From IMG/VR virus record IMGVR_UViG_3300034684_000231: 64,000 bases of DNA; one strand, written 5' to 3'. A program made the translations under genes and the position numbers. The notes below the pieces were generated by a model. The model saw nothing but the letters and a program-made list of their open reading frames with translations. It made no database searches and was not told where the DNA came from. This DNA comes from an uncultured virus (IMG/VR IMGVR_UViG_3300034684_000231). Its lineage: Duplodnaviria > Heunggongvirae > Uroviricota > Caudoviricetes. The stretch's first letter is position 1. Every line of letters begins with the position of its first letter. This document shows, one piece after another, positions 26,210-40,819 of the stretch.

Positions 26210-26602
26210 TTATCCCTCCAGTACTTCATCTACCTATTGTAAAAATTCAGCTAACGCAGCCATTTTTAATAGAACAGCAAGCCACGGAAGTTTGTCTGGT
26301 AAAGGAGTTACTATTGAACTTGGTATAAACATCTCTTTGGACACATTTTCGTTTTGAAGCATGGAATTCTTCTCACGCATGATATTTCCGCTGTTTAATA
26401 TGTTCTTTTCAAATGTTGTTCCTGTTTCATCAACTCTGACAGGTTCAACTCCGTTCTATTTCATCGATACACCATTATGAATTTGAAAGCCTGATTTTGT
26501 CGATCTGCCGTCTGTATACATTACGCCTTTATGTGAAGAAGGCTGTTGCTATTCATTGTATGCTTCGAGAATACTTTTCCCTATTTCTTCCTTGAAATTC
26601 AT
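26210..26602 (-). CDS. Hypothetical baseplate/spike-region protein, 130 aa
   Basis: SD GGAGGGG, ATG at 26602, 3 TAG, TAA at 26210-26212. Confidence 0.65.
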
Positions 26603-26620
26603 TTATATCCCCTCCGTTGA

Positions 26621-26842
26621 TTAGTCATTATCAATGTACGAGCGATATATCAGAATTCCGACAGCTTCATCGTAAGTTGGTCCTATAACTAAGATATCGA
26701 ATAATTCAGCATCCTTCTTTGAAGCTACTATATTACCATAGTAAGCTAACGGCACAACTTTTACATCGCCGTTAGCAATTTGTATCTTTGCTGTTTGTTT
26801 CTTCCAATCTATATCAAGCAGTTTTGCTTTATCCATAATCAT
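26621..26842 (-). CDS. Small protein, possible gpV/spike N-terminal OB-like domain, 73 aa
   Basis: Intact ORF with SD GGAGG. AKLLDIDWKKQTAKIQI pattern, positioned after the hub gene. Confidence 0.55.
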   Translation of the reverse strand: MIMDKAKLLDIDWKKQTAKIQIANGDVKVVPLAYYGNIVASKKDAELFDILVIGPTYDEAVGILIYRSYIDND

Positions 26843-29800
26843 AATGTTCCGACCTCCTTGAAGATCTTATCCAGATGTCTTTGTATATACCACGAGGTAC
26901 TGAACAGATTGCTAATTCCCTACATTTTCTGTAAGAATAAATGCATGCTTTCGGCCTACTAATTCTTAACTTCCTGCGAAATACTAATTTTATCAAAATA
27001 GCTTCCTTTTATACCAGCGACAAACGGCTGGCCGTATTCTGATAGGACAGATAACGTAACTGGATTGTATACTCTATCGAACCCTATTGTCTATGAATCA
27101 GAATCGTTGCCAGCCTAAGCATTATGAGTTAATAAGTTTGCAATTGATGTTATATTTGCCCAACTTTTTGGTATAGCTTTTAAAAACGGGAACTATTTAG
27201 CTGCAAATGCAACTCCTGAAAGTCCTAGATATATTAGCAATGCTCCTGCGGCATAATTGAATAAATTTGCAATAACATAATTAATTGAGTTCATATGTAA
27301 GTCTCTTGTATCAATTATTGGCATTACTTTAATTGACGTGACAAAACCATAATCTGGTGAATAAATGTGTGTAACTGATTTAACTCTCTATAATCCAATC
27401 ATCTATCTGAATGTGTCTTCGATGTAGATGTAATCATATGGTTTAATGCCAGGCAAACCTACTGTAATAATTTCGCCATCGTACATTTCTTCAAGACTCT
27501 TCTTTAAGAAGTGCGTTGCAATTAGTATCCTTACTTGCGGGATATTTCCATAATGAGTAACAACCGTTTTTGTGTTAGTATACTCATCTGGAATATCGTC
27601 ATCAAATATCTATTCTGTTACCTACATGTGTTTGCCATCTATTACCTCGTATCCAGAGCTAATTAGTGGAATAGCAGATTCCACAAATTTTGTTAACCAT
27701 GTCAAAAATCCGATTGACTGCATCCATGTTGGTGAGTAAAGTACAACTCTATTTGCAACATCATTATTGAGTATAAGCTTGTTTTTAATAATTAACTGAT
27801 TATGGATGTAATACAAGTCAGCAAATGGTTTTGTGCCTTCTGGATAAAGTTTTGGCTATAATGCATCAAGAAGGCCTCTTTTACCAAAATTGAATACTCT
27901 GAACACTTCATTTAACCTGTTGCTAGTGAATTCATTCATCAATATATCCATTGCTTCCGTTAGCATTTTTACCTGATCTTCTGAGTTTGTGTTTGCTCCA
28001 ATAACAGATGACGCTTTGTGTTGTACAACAATTGTTAAAGGATTCTTTAAAATATTGTATAACCCAAGAGTTTCGTTGTGAAGTTTGTTCCTTAATGCAT
28101 TGATTTGTTCTAACATATTGTTGTAATATTCTTCTTGTTTATCTGCAAGTTCTTTATAATATTCAAGTTCTTCATCGCTTATAAAAGAAACATAAGGCAC
28201 TTGTGACGCTATTTCAAGTCTTAATAAGAAATAAATAGTATATGCAACAAGCCATAAAATGTATTTGAAGTAGGTCTATATATATGCAAGAGAACTTGGA
28301 ATGCTTGTTGTTATTATTCTTAATGTTTTTAAAGAATATTCAATTGCTTCTACATATGTTTGCAACTATTGCACATTAATATCATCTTTGCTCAATTCAT
28401 TAACTAAATCATCGTATGCTTGATCAAAGTAATTGAATGCGTTTGTTACGTTATCTGATTCTTGCACAAAATGAGATTCTACATTTGCAACTATCTGAAC
28501 AACCTATTTCAACAATACAGATATGTCTTGTAATCTTGGTATACCATCGAAGATTGGTCTTTCCATTGTCTTGTGTTTTTTAACTATCTAATCAAAAGTA
28601 TCTCTTAATGATTGAACATTTGACACAAGCTACACAGCATCATCTGTTGTGAATATATCTGTACGAACATAATTGCGTGCAATTATATTAGAATTGATTA
28701 ACTCTTGCGCCGTTAAATGCTTGCTTTCTACAAATGAAATTGAAAGCAATGGAGAAATAATCTAATTTGCGCTTTGGAGTATTTCTTTCAAAGTCTATTC
28801 ATTTTCTTTGTTAATTTTGTGTACTCCGCGAACTAATGGAATAGCCTAATATGATTTTAACCATTCGAATATAGAGGAGATCTATCCATTTGGATCTATT
28901 TTAGACTACAACGAATCAATATCTTGTATGTGATTGTGAACTCTAATTGCATATTTTTGTATTGTATATACATCAACATCTTTTGCCACGGCAGCAAACA
29001 ATTGTCCAACGTCATCAATAATTTGATGAATTTGTTTATATTCAGGCGTCATTTTAAACAACTCATTGTGATGGATAGAATATGGCTAATAAGGATTATT
29101 GTTCAACTGATGTCCCACGGCTTGAGCTGTACGGAACAAATCTGTTGGCGCAAGATCAGTTAACGCCACCATTTGTAACACATATATATCTGATAAGAAA
29201 TTGTTAGGAAGCAACGCATCATTTGCCGTTTTAGCGATTCGAATAATATCGTCAAATAAACCAATTGTTAATTGTTCTACTATATCATCTAATTTCTTGC
29301 TGATTTCTTCATATGAATCTAATAGTTTTGCTGTTGTTGTAGTATATGCTTTATCGAATGTTATGTATCCCAGCAGTTTAACTAATTTGTCAGTGACAAG
29401 AGATTTCTTTTCTTTAAAGTATTTTCCCACTACTGCTTGAGTAAAATACTAAAGTCTGAACAACTCTTTTACTTTATCAAGCTGTTTTATGAGAATTTGT
29501 GGCAAATCTTTCGCCGAGTCATGTAAGTACTCCATTACATCATAGTTATCATCATAAACAGGTCTGTATTTAAATGGCCATGTTGGTTTACCAAAGAACA
29601 AACGTGCTTCGCCTGGTGAATCTATTGGTTCTACCTGCTAGATGAAGTCAGGAGACATAGATACCTAGTCATATATTACATCCCATGCAGATGACCCCTA
29701 TTTGATAGTGTAATTTGCAAAATGCATTTCAAAATTGGACCAGTATTGTTTGTTATATGATCTTAAGCTGGCCCAATATTCGCTTGGGAAATATAAGTTT

Positions 29801-32800
29801 TCTGCATATGGCTGTGCAGTAAGCTACGCTAAATATATTTTTGATGTTGTAGCAATTGAATATTTGTCAAGTATATTCCTAAATAGAGATTCTACCGTAC
29901 TTAGCTCTTTGTATCCTAAAGCTTCGCTTTTTACTTCTTCAAACTATTTAACAACCAAAGCGCGCGGCTCTGTAAAGAATTGATGGAACGTATCAGATTT
30001 CTTGAAAACAGGCCTTACTAAAACGCTTCCGTATCCTTCCGCAATAATAGTAATTGTGCCATTTTCGTTGCGTGCAACTTGTCTTATATATCCAGCAAAT
30101 ATTTTTGAAAGTTCGTCTATCTTCTTTGAATAACCTATTAAAAGCTCGATATCAGCCCCAGGTTGTAATAGCTATGTAACAGGAATATATTCAAGTTGTC
30201 TTGAATATAACTATATTTCACCCGCATCTCTAAAGAACGGCAAGTCTGGTATTGTAATCATCTATACGTCTACAGGATTATCTTTTTCTCTTGTTACCTG
30301 AGCTTCAATTACCTATGGGTAAATATATCTCTGTTTTGATACAGAGCCTCTTGTAATGAACGCAATAGCCTACTTTGGCTATAACAGCTACGGCATAGTA
30401 AATTTGTTTCTGAATTGTGCAAGATAGTATGCATTTAAGTACTATGCAGAAAGTTGGAATGCACGAGCATATAGTTTTTGTTTCGAGAGCTAGCTTAATG
30501 TATCAATATCTCTGTAGAATTCTTCAACTTTTTCGTTAGTAGAACTGCTGTTAGGTTTAAACAATGAAGCTGTTTGGAAAATCTACTTATTTGCTTCTTC
30601 ATCTCCTGCTTTTTTCTGGAAATATTTTCTGATTGTATCCTCAAGCAATGAGAATGAATCTGGTATATCTTTGCTGCCAGTTATAGCTAATTCAATGCTT
30701 TTCTTGTGGATTTCTGAAGTATTTTCTTTCTAACCAACCGGCATATTTGTTACTTCAATTGCTTGTGAAAATGGAACTGTATTTATATCGTTATAGCCAA
30801 GCAGCTAATTTGCAAGTTCAAAGTCTTGTTTTCCTGGTTTAGAGCCAATTATAGTAGAGAAGAAGAAATTGTATGCCTGCTAAATATTATCGCTCAAGTA
30901 AAGAGATGCAGTAGATGTGTTGTTGCTCGATAGATAACCAAGAATTTGTTTTGCAATATTGTTCTAAGATGAATTGCCAGCAATTAATGGAAGTTGCTAT
31001 TCTTTTGTGTCAAGCAATGTTTTAAATTTGTTTAAGACGCTTTTCATATACGTAGTATTTGTTGCACTTATTGTTTCTATGCTTTCTCTTGCCACGCCCT
31101 ATTCTGCGCTAATATCAGAAATGTAGAAATGATCAAAGGGAATTATAGGATTGCCTTCAAGTTCTCCCTGATATTCAGTTGACTAAACAATGTGGTAAAA
31201 CTTGCTGACTAAAGTCTTTTCTATATATGTGAAAAACCTTGTGGCATTATCTAAGAATGGTGTATATGTCGCATCGTATGAAATGAGCGTTTTATAGAAT
31301 GCTTTCCCTTCGATGTCTTTTGCAAATTCCTGTAAAAGCCCTTCAAACAATTTGTTAGCATGTACTATGAACTAGAATACTTTGTTGTACTGGTTATAGT
31401 CATTTTCATATTCTGATTTTATTCGTGACATAACAGCGTTGAATACATCTGGTGATATTACTAACCATTGTTTAATTGTAGGCACTATATCATCCTATAT
31501 GAATTCGTATACTCCTTGAGGAAGTACTTTCTTTATATCACTAATTTTTGACATCAAATTATCCAAATTGTTGAGCAAATCTTTAAATGACTCCTCTACA
31601 AATGCATTTACAAGAAGGCCAAACCATTTCCATGGCAAGAAAATGTATTGCAAGTTTTGCAACGTATGTTGCCATGTAAAGAACGTACCGTTTGTATATT
31701 GCTCGTTTTCGAAATTGATTACAAGTCCAAGAATATTGGAGATCATTATAAGATACTAAAGTTGTGCAAAAAACAATGTCACCTGCTTTTTCAATTCATC
31801 GTGTGAAATTTTTTCGATTTCATATTCTTTGTTGTTATCTATGCCAAATATGAGTTGATCCAATCCGAAAATATTAGTGTATTTGTCAAATATTTCCTAT
31901 GTTTTGGCAAACGTTTCGGATTCTGTTACGTACAAAGCTTTGATGGTGCGTCCATATAACGAGTAATACCTTGTAAACAACATGAATGAAATATACTATG
32001 CAGATATTTTGCTAAATGATTTAGAATTGCTGACGTGTTTTCTGACTACTGAGTTTTCGATCTCTCTGTGATAATTCATCTAGTTCTACAATAGCATAGA
32101 TGTAAAATACGTACTAATTTCTTGACGTTTGTTGTATTCTAAACCGCTGCTTGTGTCAAAGCCACCAGAAAGGTATTTGTCTAAATCTTTATGCGTAAGC
32201 TTGTCTGCAATTAAATCGCTTAGTTCTAAGTTCTATTGTAATATATCTTTGTTGTTGCCTTCTATTTGTCTAAGTTGATTATTTCTACCAAGTATATAGA
32301 AAGACATTGCCAAACTTGGTAATATGGAATCAGACAGATCTCTGCTGTACATGTTTACTGCTATATTCTATACATATGAGTCATCTAATGTGCCGTTATA
32401 ATCAAATGTCAAAAACGACATAGTAAGAGCGTTAACAATCTATGGTGTAAATACCACAGACTCTGATATCCACTTATAGTAAAAGAGCTAATTAGCTATA
32501 GATTGATTAATAGCATCGTTAATAGAAGAAGACGTTTGCAGATTTACAACAGCAAGTAATTTAAGAAATTCATTGGTAATTTTTTGATGTAACTCATCTG
32601 CACTTAGTTGCTCAAAAATATCTATATTTGGGTTTGTCTTTCGTTTTTCAACAACTTCATTGATATATGTCAATAAATTGGTAGATTTCTTCATTATTTC
32701 TTCAAGTTTGTCCATTACAATGCTTTCAATTTCAGCATCGCGTCGCGAAAGTAATAAGAAATCTACTTTGTCAATTGCACTAAACTGTGAATTCAAAACA

Positions 32801-34188
32801 AATGTGGAATTGCTATCTTCTACAAATTTAATGTCGAAGTTGTATAAATAAATATTTTCAAGTCCAAAGAAGTTACAAGTGCCTTCAACTTTTAAAGGTA
32901 ATAAGATTGATAGATCTTTATATGTTCTTACAATATCTTCGCTTATTCTCTTTAACTCCAGCAATCTATTAACTTGTTTCATCTATTGTTTATTTTTGTG
33001 TGTGTCTATAACAAAAGTAAAATTGCCTTGCCATCCGGATGTTCCTATATATTGTCTAAACGGCACAGATGAATTGGAAGATAGATGTGTAGAAAATGAA
33101 TTTTGATATGTAGCAGTCATTTCGATTACCTACATATCTTTGTAATATGGTGCAAATTCAACAGATATTGGTTTGTTTTCAATAGCCAAATGCATAATGT
33201 CTTTTACGGCATTTAAAAGATGTTGTACGTCTTGATAAACGCTAGATTGTTGCAACTAGTCGTTGTTTTTTATAAGTTCGTTAATTTTTGTCACAAGATT
33301 AGCAAATGTAACGTTTTGTGGGCTATATGAATTGAAATCAACCAACGGACTAAACAAGCTAAATATATGGTTGTATATGATCTTCTACATGTAATCTAAC
33401 TCAATTGTAAAACGGAGCCATGTATTGGCATCTGTGTTCTACACGTTTTTGATAATGTCTTCTCTGTATTTCTATATCATATTGAATATTTCTTGCGATT
33501 CAGCAAACACATTAGTATTTTTGCCAGAAACAAAATCCCTGAACAATACTGTAACAACACCGTCTTCTTGGTACTTTGTAATTTCAGTAGGCAAAAGCTG
33601 TACAGTAACTTTCAAAGCACCCGGCGCTTCTTTAATTGTTTGTATAGATACGCTTTGAATTGCCTAAAAGAATTCTGCGTCTTTTAAATTGCTTAAAAGA
33701 GGTTTGTTTGGATCTACTTCTGGATCTATGAACTATTTGAGCTTGTATGAATATACAGGAACTATAGGGAATAACTTAACTGTAGTTAAGAACGAGTAGA
33801 AGTCTATAAAGAATTTTTGTAATCCGTTCAATTTTTCAATTACCATTGGCTTCGACGAATTTACTAGATTGCTGTTAAAGATGGTAGTAATAATAATAGA
33901 AGTATCTCTTACGCCCGTACTAATTGTAAGATTTGTTCCAATTTGTGGAATACTTACTGGTTTGTTTTGCTAGAATTCTTGTATACTAATATCTGTGATA
34001 CCACCAACAAACGCAACATTGCCTAAAACGACACTAACGTCGCCTTCATAGTTGTAAGCTTTTACCTCATATGTCTTCTACTCTTCTCCCGACTTCTTAT
34101 CATAATAGACATATTGTTTTGTGCCTATCAGATATAAATCTTTTATAAATGTATGGGATTTGTTATCATGGAACTTCACGTTGGCCAC
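26839..34188 (-). CDS. Giant baseplate hub/tail protein, ~2449 aa
   Basis: SD GGAGGTG, GTG at 34188. Fragments 32488-32982, 31495-31746, 29086-29430, 27856-28200 and 27622-27816 share one frame. Hub-like motifs QPGADIELLIGYS...IFAGYIRQV...IIAEGYGSVL and GEIITVGLPGIKPYDYIYIED...VKSVTHIYSPDYGFVTSI. TGA at 26839-26841. Confidence 0.65.
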
Positions 34189-34217
34189 ATCAACACCTCC
34201 AGTTTGAGCATCACTGT

Positions 34218-34228
34218 TGAATTAACAA
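34218..34228 (-). promoter_or_regulatory. Candidate late promoter motif TTGTTAATTCA
   Basis: Exact 11-mer also at 47209-47219 and 56205-56215. Each copy is intergenic and 30-35 nt upstream of a start codon. Confidence 0.5.
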
Positions 34229-37200
34229 TTAGATATTCCTACCTGTAAATGAATTATACAAATGCTGTCTATACATGTCGGCCATAATAACAGATGTTGG
34301 AGATGTATTCACAACAGGTGGCAATTCTTTGTATTCATTATATTGAATCACACGTTTGAGATCTTCTATATCATCTCTGTGTTGCTGTCTTACACTAGCT
34401 CCAATAACTCCAAGTGCAAGTATTGAACCAGTTATCCATTTTGTTGTTCTAGGATGCGATTTAACAAGATCAAAAAAATCCTCTTTTGCGTTTTTTAGCA
34501 TTTGTATCCATTTTTCTGTTACAGAGATTGTTTCTTCTGCCTATTGTTTGCTGTCTTTTAATACATTTGGCTATTGATCAACCTAACTAGCTATTCCTTC
34601 TTTTACTTGATTAGCAGTATTTATTGCGTCTCCTATTATCTTTGTTCCTTGTGTGCCCGATAGTTCTTGTGCTTGTGCATTTCTAGCTGCAACAAATTCT
34701 CCGTGTCTTTCAACAAGATGTTCATCCCCGTGTTCAATTTGTCCTATAACTCCATCAAGAGTTTCTTCATCTTGAATAACGGGTTCTTTACTGCTGAACA
34801 ATACGGCTTCAATTGCTTCTGCATTGTGTTGATCTAGAACGACCGGTTTTCCTTTTTCTGCACTTAATTCATATCTTATTCTTCCATCTTGCCCTTTTAC
34901 AATAACTATCTTATTAACCACACCTTTTATTTCTTCTCCTCTTTCCTATGCTGCTTCAATTGCTCTTGCAATAGGTTCATAACCTGTTGGAATGTCTTGA
35001 GGTTCTGCAATTAATTCATCTACTACGTTTACCAAGTCGTCAAGTGTTTTAATCTTACCACTTTTGAAAGCCTATTCTAACATTTCCGGCAGTTGATCGG
35101 CGTTTTGCTATTGCAACATGTATTGTTTTGCTTTCTATGCTATTGCATCAAATTCAGAACCGAATTTAAATTGGACTGCTCCGCCGTACATTCTGTTTAT
35201 TAGTTCTAATTTCTATAACCCAACTGCAAATCCTTCTGTGCTAGTCATCATTGTTTTGAGTATCTGATCAATTTGCACTTTTCCTTGTTCTCCAACAACT
35301 TCATATGTAAAATCAACAAGATGTCTAAATCTGTTAAACTATTCATCACTTATACTTTCTAGTTGTGACTAAATAGTGTCTAAATCAGAATCCGCAGCAT
35401 GGGCTATTTTTGCCACAGCATCAGATAACGTTTCAAGTTTTTCTTTCTGTCCTGTTAAGGTTGCTTCTGCAGAAATTAAATTGCTTAGAAATGTAACCTT
35501 CTGTAAATCGTCGGTTGCAAAATTAAAAATATCTTCAAGCTCGCTTAATTTTGAAAAATTAAATATTTGATCAAGGCGTTCAAGATTTTGTTCATTAACA
35601 ACGCTTGTCATAATTTGATTGAGTATATTTTTAGTTGCATTAATATTTGCTATAGCTTGTCTACCGCCAACATGCATGCCCTATTTAATAGCCGTTTTCA
35701 TACCTCTCATTTGCTATTCTTTAACTAATTGTGAGAACTATGTTATTGTGTTTCCAAACTCAGTTGCTTTGCGATTTGATAGGACATCTGCAAGCTATCC
35801 AAAGAGCATTTGTTTGTCTTTGTTGCTTCCTTGTGATGTAAGATACAAGGCTCTATATGCAACATCAGCAGGCTTATTTAAAAAGCCTTTGATATACTAA
35901 TCTATATTTTTGCTTTCTGGCCCGGTTATTTGAAGCACATTATATAACGGAGCAAAGAATAATTCTGGCCTTGTGCTATCTGAGAAGAACGATTGCAAAA
36001 CTATTTGCATTGTATCTGTCTATTTAAACCTTGTGGAATATAAACCTGTCATTGTGCCAATGAATGTGTATGCATCTGTATTTAGTGTTTTTGTCAAATA
36101 GTCCTGCAAAGTCTTTCTTAATTTATAAGTATCATTCTACATCTATCCAACTATATCGTTTACACCTTCAAATATCTGTAAAGCCGCAAGACGATTTTCT
36201 ACAGCGCTGCTGTCTGCAAAGAAAACTGTTGCTCTTGCTGCATTAAGGAATGTTTGAAAATTACCCGGATTTTTAATTACAAAATCTATGAATTCATCAA
36301 TATTTCCTTTTGCAAGAGCATTAGCGGCTTTAAGAGCATTTTGTAATGGTTCAGCAAGTCCAACTGTATTATTTGCAAATACAAATTGTTTGGACACTTC
36401 TGCTATTTTGTCTACTATAGTTTTCTTGAACGTACTATCAAACTGCATCATTTTGTATATTTGCCCAGCTGGTTCATATGGCACTAGTGCTTTGGCTGCA
36501 AGTCGAGAATAGGTTTTCTTGCCTTGTTTTACTTTAACATATCCAAGGGATATACCGCCGGCTGGTATGGTAACAAACGTCTTACGTAAGATGTTTTTTG
36601 AAATTATATTAAATGTAAGGAAGCTGGTGTCTTTGCCAGCAAGGGCAGTATTTAGCTTGTTCACAAAGTTTAGATACCACTAATTGAGCACATTTTCTTC
36701 TGCTTCACTTAGTGCAATTCTGTTAATCGTTTTTGATTTATTTCCTTTAACTGTATAACGATTGACGTTAGAAAGATTCAATTTTCCTAACTATCCTGTT
36801 GTTACTCTTGATAAGAAAGCTTCAACAGATTCTGGGTTGTTGAAATCTGGAAGATGCTTGACACCAAGCATTTCCATTAAACTAGATAGGACAATCTATT
36901 TAACAGGTAAATCAACATTGTTTAGTATTGCCCTCAAATCTGTAGTTTCTTCTATAGCTTTTGGTACACTTCCATACATCTATGAATAGATCTATTTAAT
37001 TTCGTCTGTAACTAGTCCGCCAAGTTGTTGGTCAATAAGTTCGCCGTTGGCATTAAATAACAATTTATTAAGGACAGTGTCTATGTTTCCTGCGCTTCCG
37101 CCACTTAGCTAACTAATAATGTTGTATTGTATGTCTACAAGTTGGTTTAATGCCTGTTTTAACTCGTCGTCCGAAACACTATAAACATCAAAATTGAATA

Positions 37201-40200
37201 AGTTAGTTTTATTTAATGCTTTTGCTAATGATACTCTTCTTGGAATTCCTGCGCCTTTATCACGCTCGAACAATTCATTCTAAGTATTAAGTACATTGCC
37301 AACAATATTGATGTTTCTCCAAAAGTCTTTTGTTGCTATGTGATCTACAATCTTATATGCATTTTTCTCACCGAAGAATACAGAAAATGTTCTGTGCAGC
37401 GCCGCATATCTTTTTGCCAATTCTGGCAACATTCTCAGTTTAACTGATGGAGTCTACTTTTCGTATATTCTAAAGTATGTAAATGTTTCTGCAAATTCTC
37501 TTCCCTATTGTAGATATACATCTTGAAGTTCTTTAGGAAGAGTATGGAAAGGAGCATTTAGAGCATTGCTAAGACTTACCGCAAAGCTTCTAGCAATTGC
37601 TTGTCCTGTATCTGATGACATTCTCTTAGCTATTTCATCAGCCATGCGCTAATTAAATGCATCGCCTGTAAGGATTGATGGAATTGAATAGAAAAAGTCA
37701 AAATCAAAGTAAAAGTCTGCAGAACTGCCTGCAGTTTCTTTCATCTAATTAATTGTGTTAACGAATTCTGCTCTGACTCTACTTAATACTTCGCTTCTCT
37801 TTTTGTAATGTTCGCTAAATTTGAGACCGTATGCTAATTGTGTTGCATACAGCTGTCTTTGTTCTTCGGGTACCTTGGTTAAATACTTCGCTAGTTCATC
37901 AATGTTTTCTTGTTTAATGCTTATAGTGCCTTTTGTCTAAAGAGATGTTTCTATATCTTCAAGAATTTTAGCTCTTATTTCATATACGCTTTGTGCATTT
38001 TCATAATCTGTGTATTGCTTAATGGTGGACCATGTAGCAAGTTCAGAAAACATTTTGTATAATGTAGTATTTTGATAACCAGAAAGTTCTCCGAGCATTA
38101 TTGCTGAGCCGGGAGTTATTAATTTACTAAATGTTCCTAATCTGAGAGCTTCAATTGGAGAAAGTATTTGTCTAAGATCTTCAAGCAGATAGTCTTTTGC
38201 ATATGTGGACTAACCAGGTACAGTTTTATATACTTTCATTAATGTTGAAAAACGGCTATGCAAGAATTTCTTTCTAGCTTTAGGAACATCTTTTACTTGT
38301 GCGAGCCTTTCTATATATTCTTTCTAACCGGAATGTTGTAATGCAACATCGGCTGCTTCTACAAGCGGTTGATATGTTCTATGTTTAAGCTATTCGCCGC
38401 CTGACATCATATTTAGAAATCTTAATTCGTAGTATGACAAAGGTTTAGGTTGGCCTGAAAGCTATGCTTCATGGCTTTTCCTAACCTATTCTTGTGATGC
38501 ATGTATAGCAAATTGACTTGTTAACAGTGTTCCTATCATCTTTTGATGGAATGCGCGAGGTGTAAGCGCTTCAATTCCAAGCTTAACCTATTCTTTATAT
38601 CTTTCGTTACCACTAGCCACAGCGGATACAACTCTATAGAACTCAGACACGAATGTGGCGTTTTGAGATGATAGTGCTTCTGTTGGCTTTCTTTCTGCGT
38701 GTTTTGCTATAAACGACAATGGACTTTCTTTAGCAGTGCCAAAACCGTATAATAAGTTTGCAACTGTTATGCCTTTCTAACCGCTCCTGTTTGTTTCAAA
38801 CAACGCAATAATTCCTTTTACTACTTCTTCTGGTGTTAAAGTTTGTCCTCTGCCTGCATCAAACATTTTTTTGCTTTGTAATGTAATTCTTGCGTTCTTT
38901 ACAGCATTAATGTATGTCTGTAGCTATTCATCAGGCAATGCTTCATTGATAGTACTTACAAGTACATCTGGTAATTCTTCCGGAGTCATGCCCATCATTT
39001 GAGCAAATTGTTTTACTATATACTAACGAATGACATCTGTACCTTCAGTCCCAAAATCTATGAATAAAATATTTACATCTGATGGCAAAAGATTGTACAA
39101 TATTCTACGTGCATCTTCGACACGAATATCACCAAAGAGCTAATTAAGATCTCTTCCTTGAAGAGCTTTAAAAACAGGAAGAGTATTTAAATCTATTTTT
39201 GTTGGGGCATTGTCGATTTCCTTAGTGGTAAGAAAATTGATTATCTAATTGTAGTTACTTGTGATTTTGTTTAACTGATTAATATATTCACTTACAGGTA
39301 TGCTTGTATCAATAGTATTAAGCTACGATTCTACGGATTTAATTCTGTTGTATAAAATATCATGCTATCTTCCAACGAAGTTGCCTAATATATTAGTTTC
39401 TATGTTTCTTAATGATTGCTTAATTGTATCTTCTATACTTACAAATCTTCCGGCAAGAATATTTCTAAGATTTGGTATTTCGCCACTTTCTGCTAAGTTA
39501 ATCAATTGTTCCAATCTTTGTGGGTTAGTTTCAAGATAATTCCAAAATGCAGATGTAAGCTCTGTTGTTTTGGTTTGATTTAAGTTTGATAACACTTGTG
39601 TACCTTCTATACGAAGAAGAAAATCTCTTGCAGCTTCCAAAGCTTCTGGACTAATGTCAAATACCTTGCTTTCTCTTATTTGTTCTTTAATTACATTTAT
39701 TGGCTCTGCTTGTCCAAATCTTTCGATTTGAAGCTGTTGTACACGTTTAGCAAGCCTTTCTAAATTGGCACTAATCGTTTTTTGATCGGTAGAAGCATTA
39801 AGAAGAACAACTTTATCAGGATTTTCAATAATGTTACGCGCGATGCTGTCTAAGTATCTGCCTAGATCTTTGTCCATGTAATAGACATTAACAGAAGAGC
39901 GATTCATTGCTTCGCCTATCATATCTTTGAGTGTTTCAAACATTCTAAGTCCTTGCTTGTCTTCGGTTTGAACAACAGGAAGCCATGACAAACGTCTAAG
40001 TTGATCTGGGCTTGCTTGCCCTTCAATGATTCCATAAAGAGTCTTTTGAATTTCAGCAAGATCTTTTGCTTTGACTAATGTTGATTGTTCTGCGCCGCCA
40101 AGTTTGCCAAGTATGTCTCTAATCATCTAATGAGCACCGTATTCGTCTGTTAAAACGGTATCTATTTGAAATGGTACACCGGATTGTTTGTGAGTTAATT

Positions 40201-40813
40201 CGATGTTGAATACTGGATTAATTGCTTGAAAAGTAGAAATTTCGCCTTTTTCTATTTTCTAGATTAATGTATTAATATCTGCAAATTGCATATCTGCATT
40301 TGAGCCTATACGATAATAGAAACCTTTCAACTTTGCGTGTATATCATAATATTCACCAGAGAATACGTTGTACTGCATTGGAGCATCTTTGCCAAACTAT
40401 GCCATGTCGTCTAAGACAAATTGGTCTTTATTTCTATCAAACTTTAAAAACGGCAGAGAAATAGTAGGCAAAGCCAAACCTTCTTTGGCAATATCTGATT
40501 GCTACAACTATTTTAGTTTATTGATATCTGCTTTAAACAAGCCTTGTTCAAACTTGAAAGCATCAAAGATATTTTCGTCAATATCTGCTGGTAGCTCTTG
40601 GAACGGTAAGACATAACTACCAGACGGTTTTGCCTAGTAGTGTTGCAAACGTTGTATATATTTATTCTAAAGGTGTGAGCGGTCTATTGTTCTGTCTGGA
40701 TTATTGAACATCTATGTTCTTGCAGCGTCAACAAGATACATGCGTCTTTCATTTGACATGCCGCTAATTATTCTTAATAAATTTGAAATTCTAAATTCTC
40801 TGCCTTCCGCCAT
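34229..40813 (-). CDS. Giant helical virion protein (tape-measure-region / possibly ejected protein), ~2194 aa
   Basis: ATG at 40813 after GGTGA. Fragments 39365-40126, 36143-36664, 35369-35677, 34583-34921 and 34229-34501 share one frame. Hydrophobic segment near the C-terminus (WITGSILALGVIGASV). Confidence 0.65.
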
Positions 40814-40819
40814 TTATTA

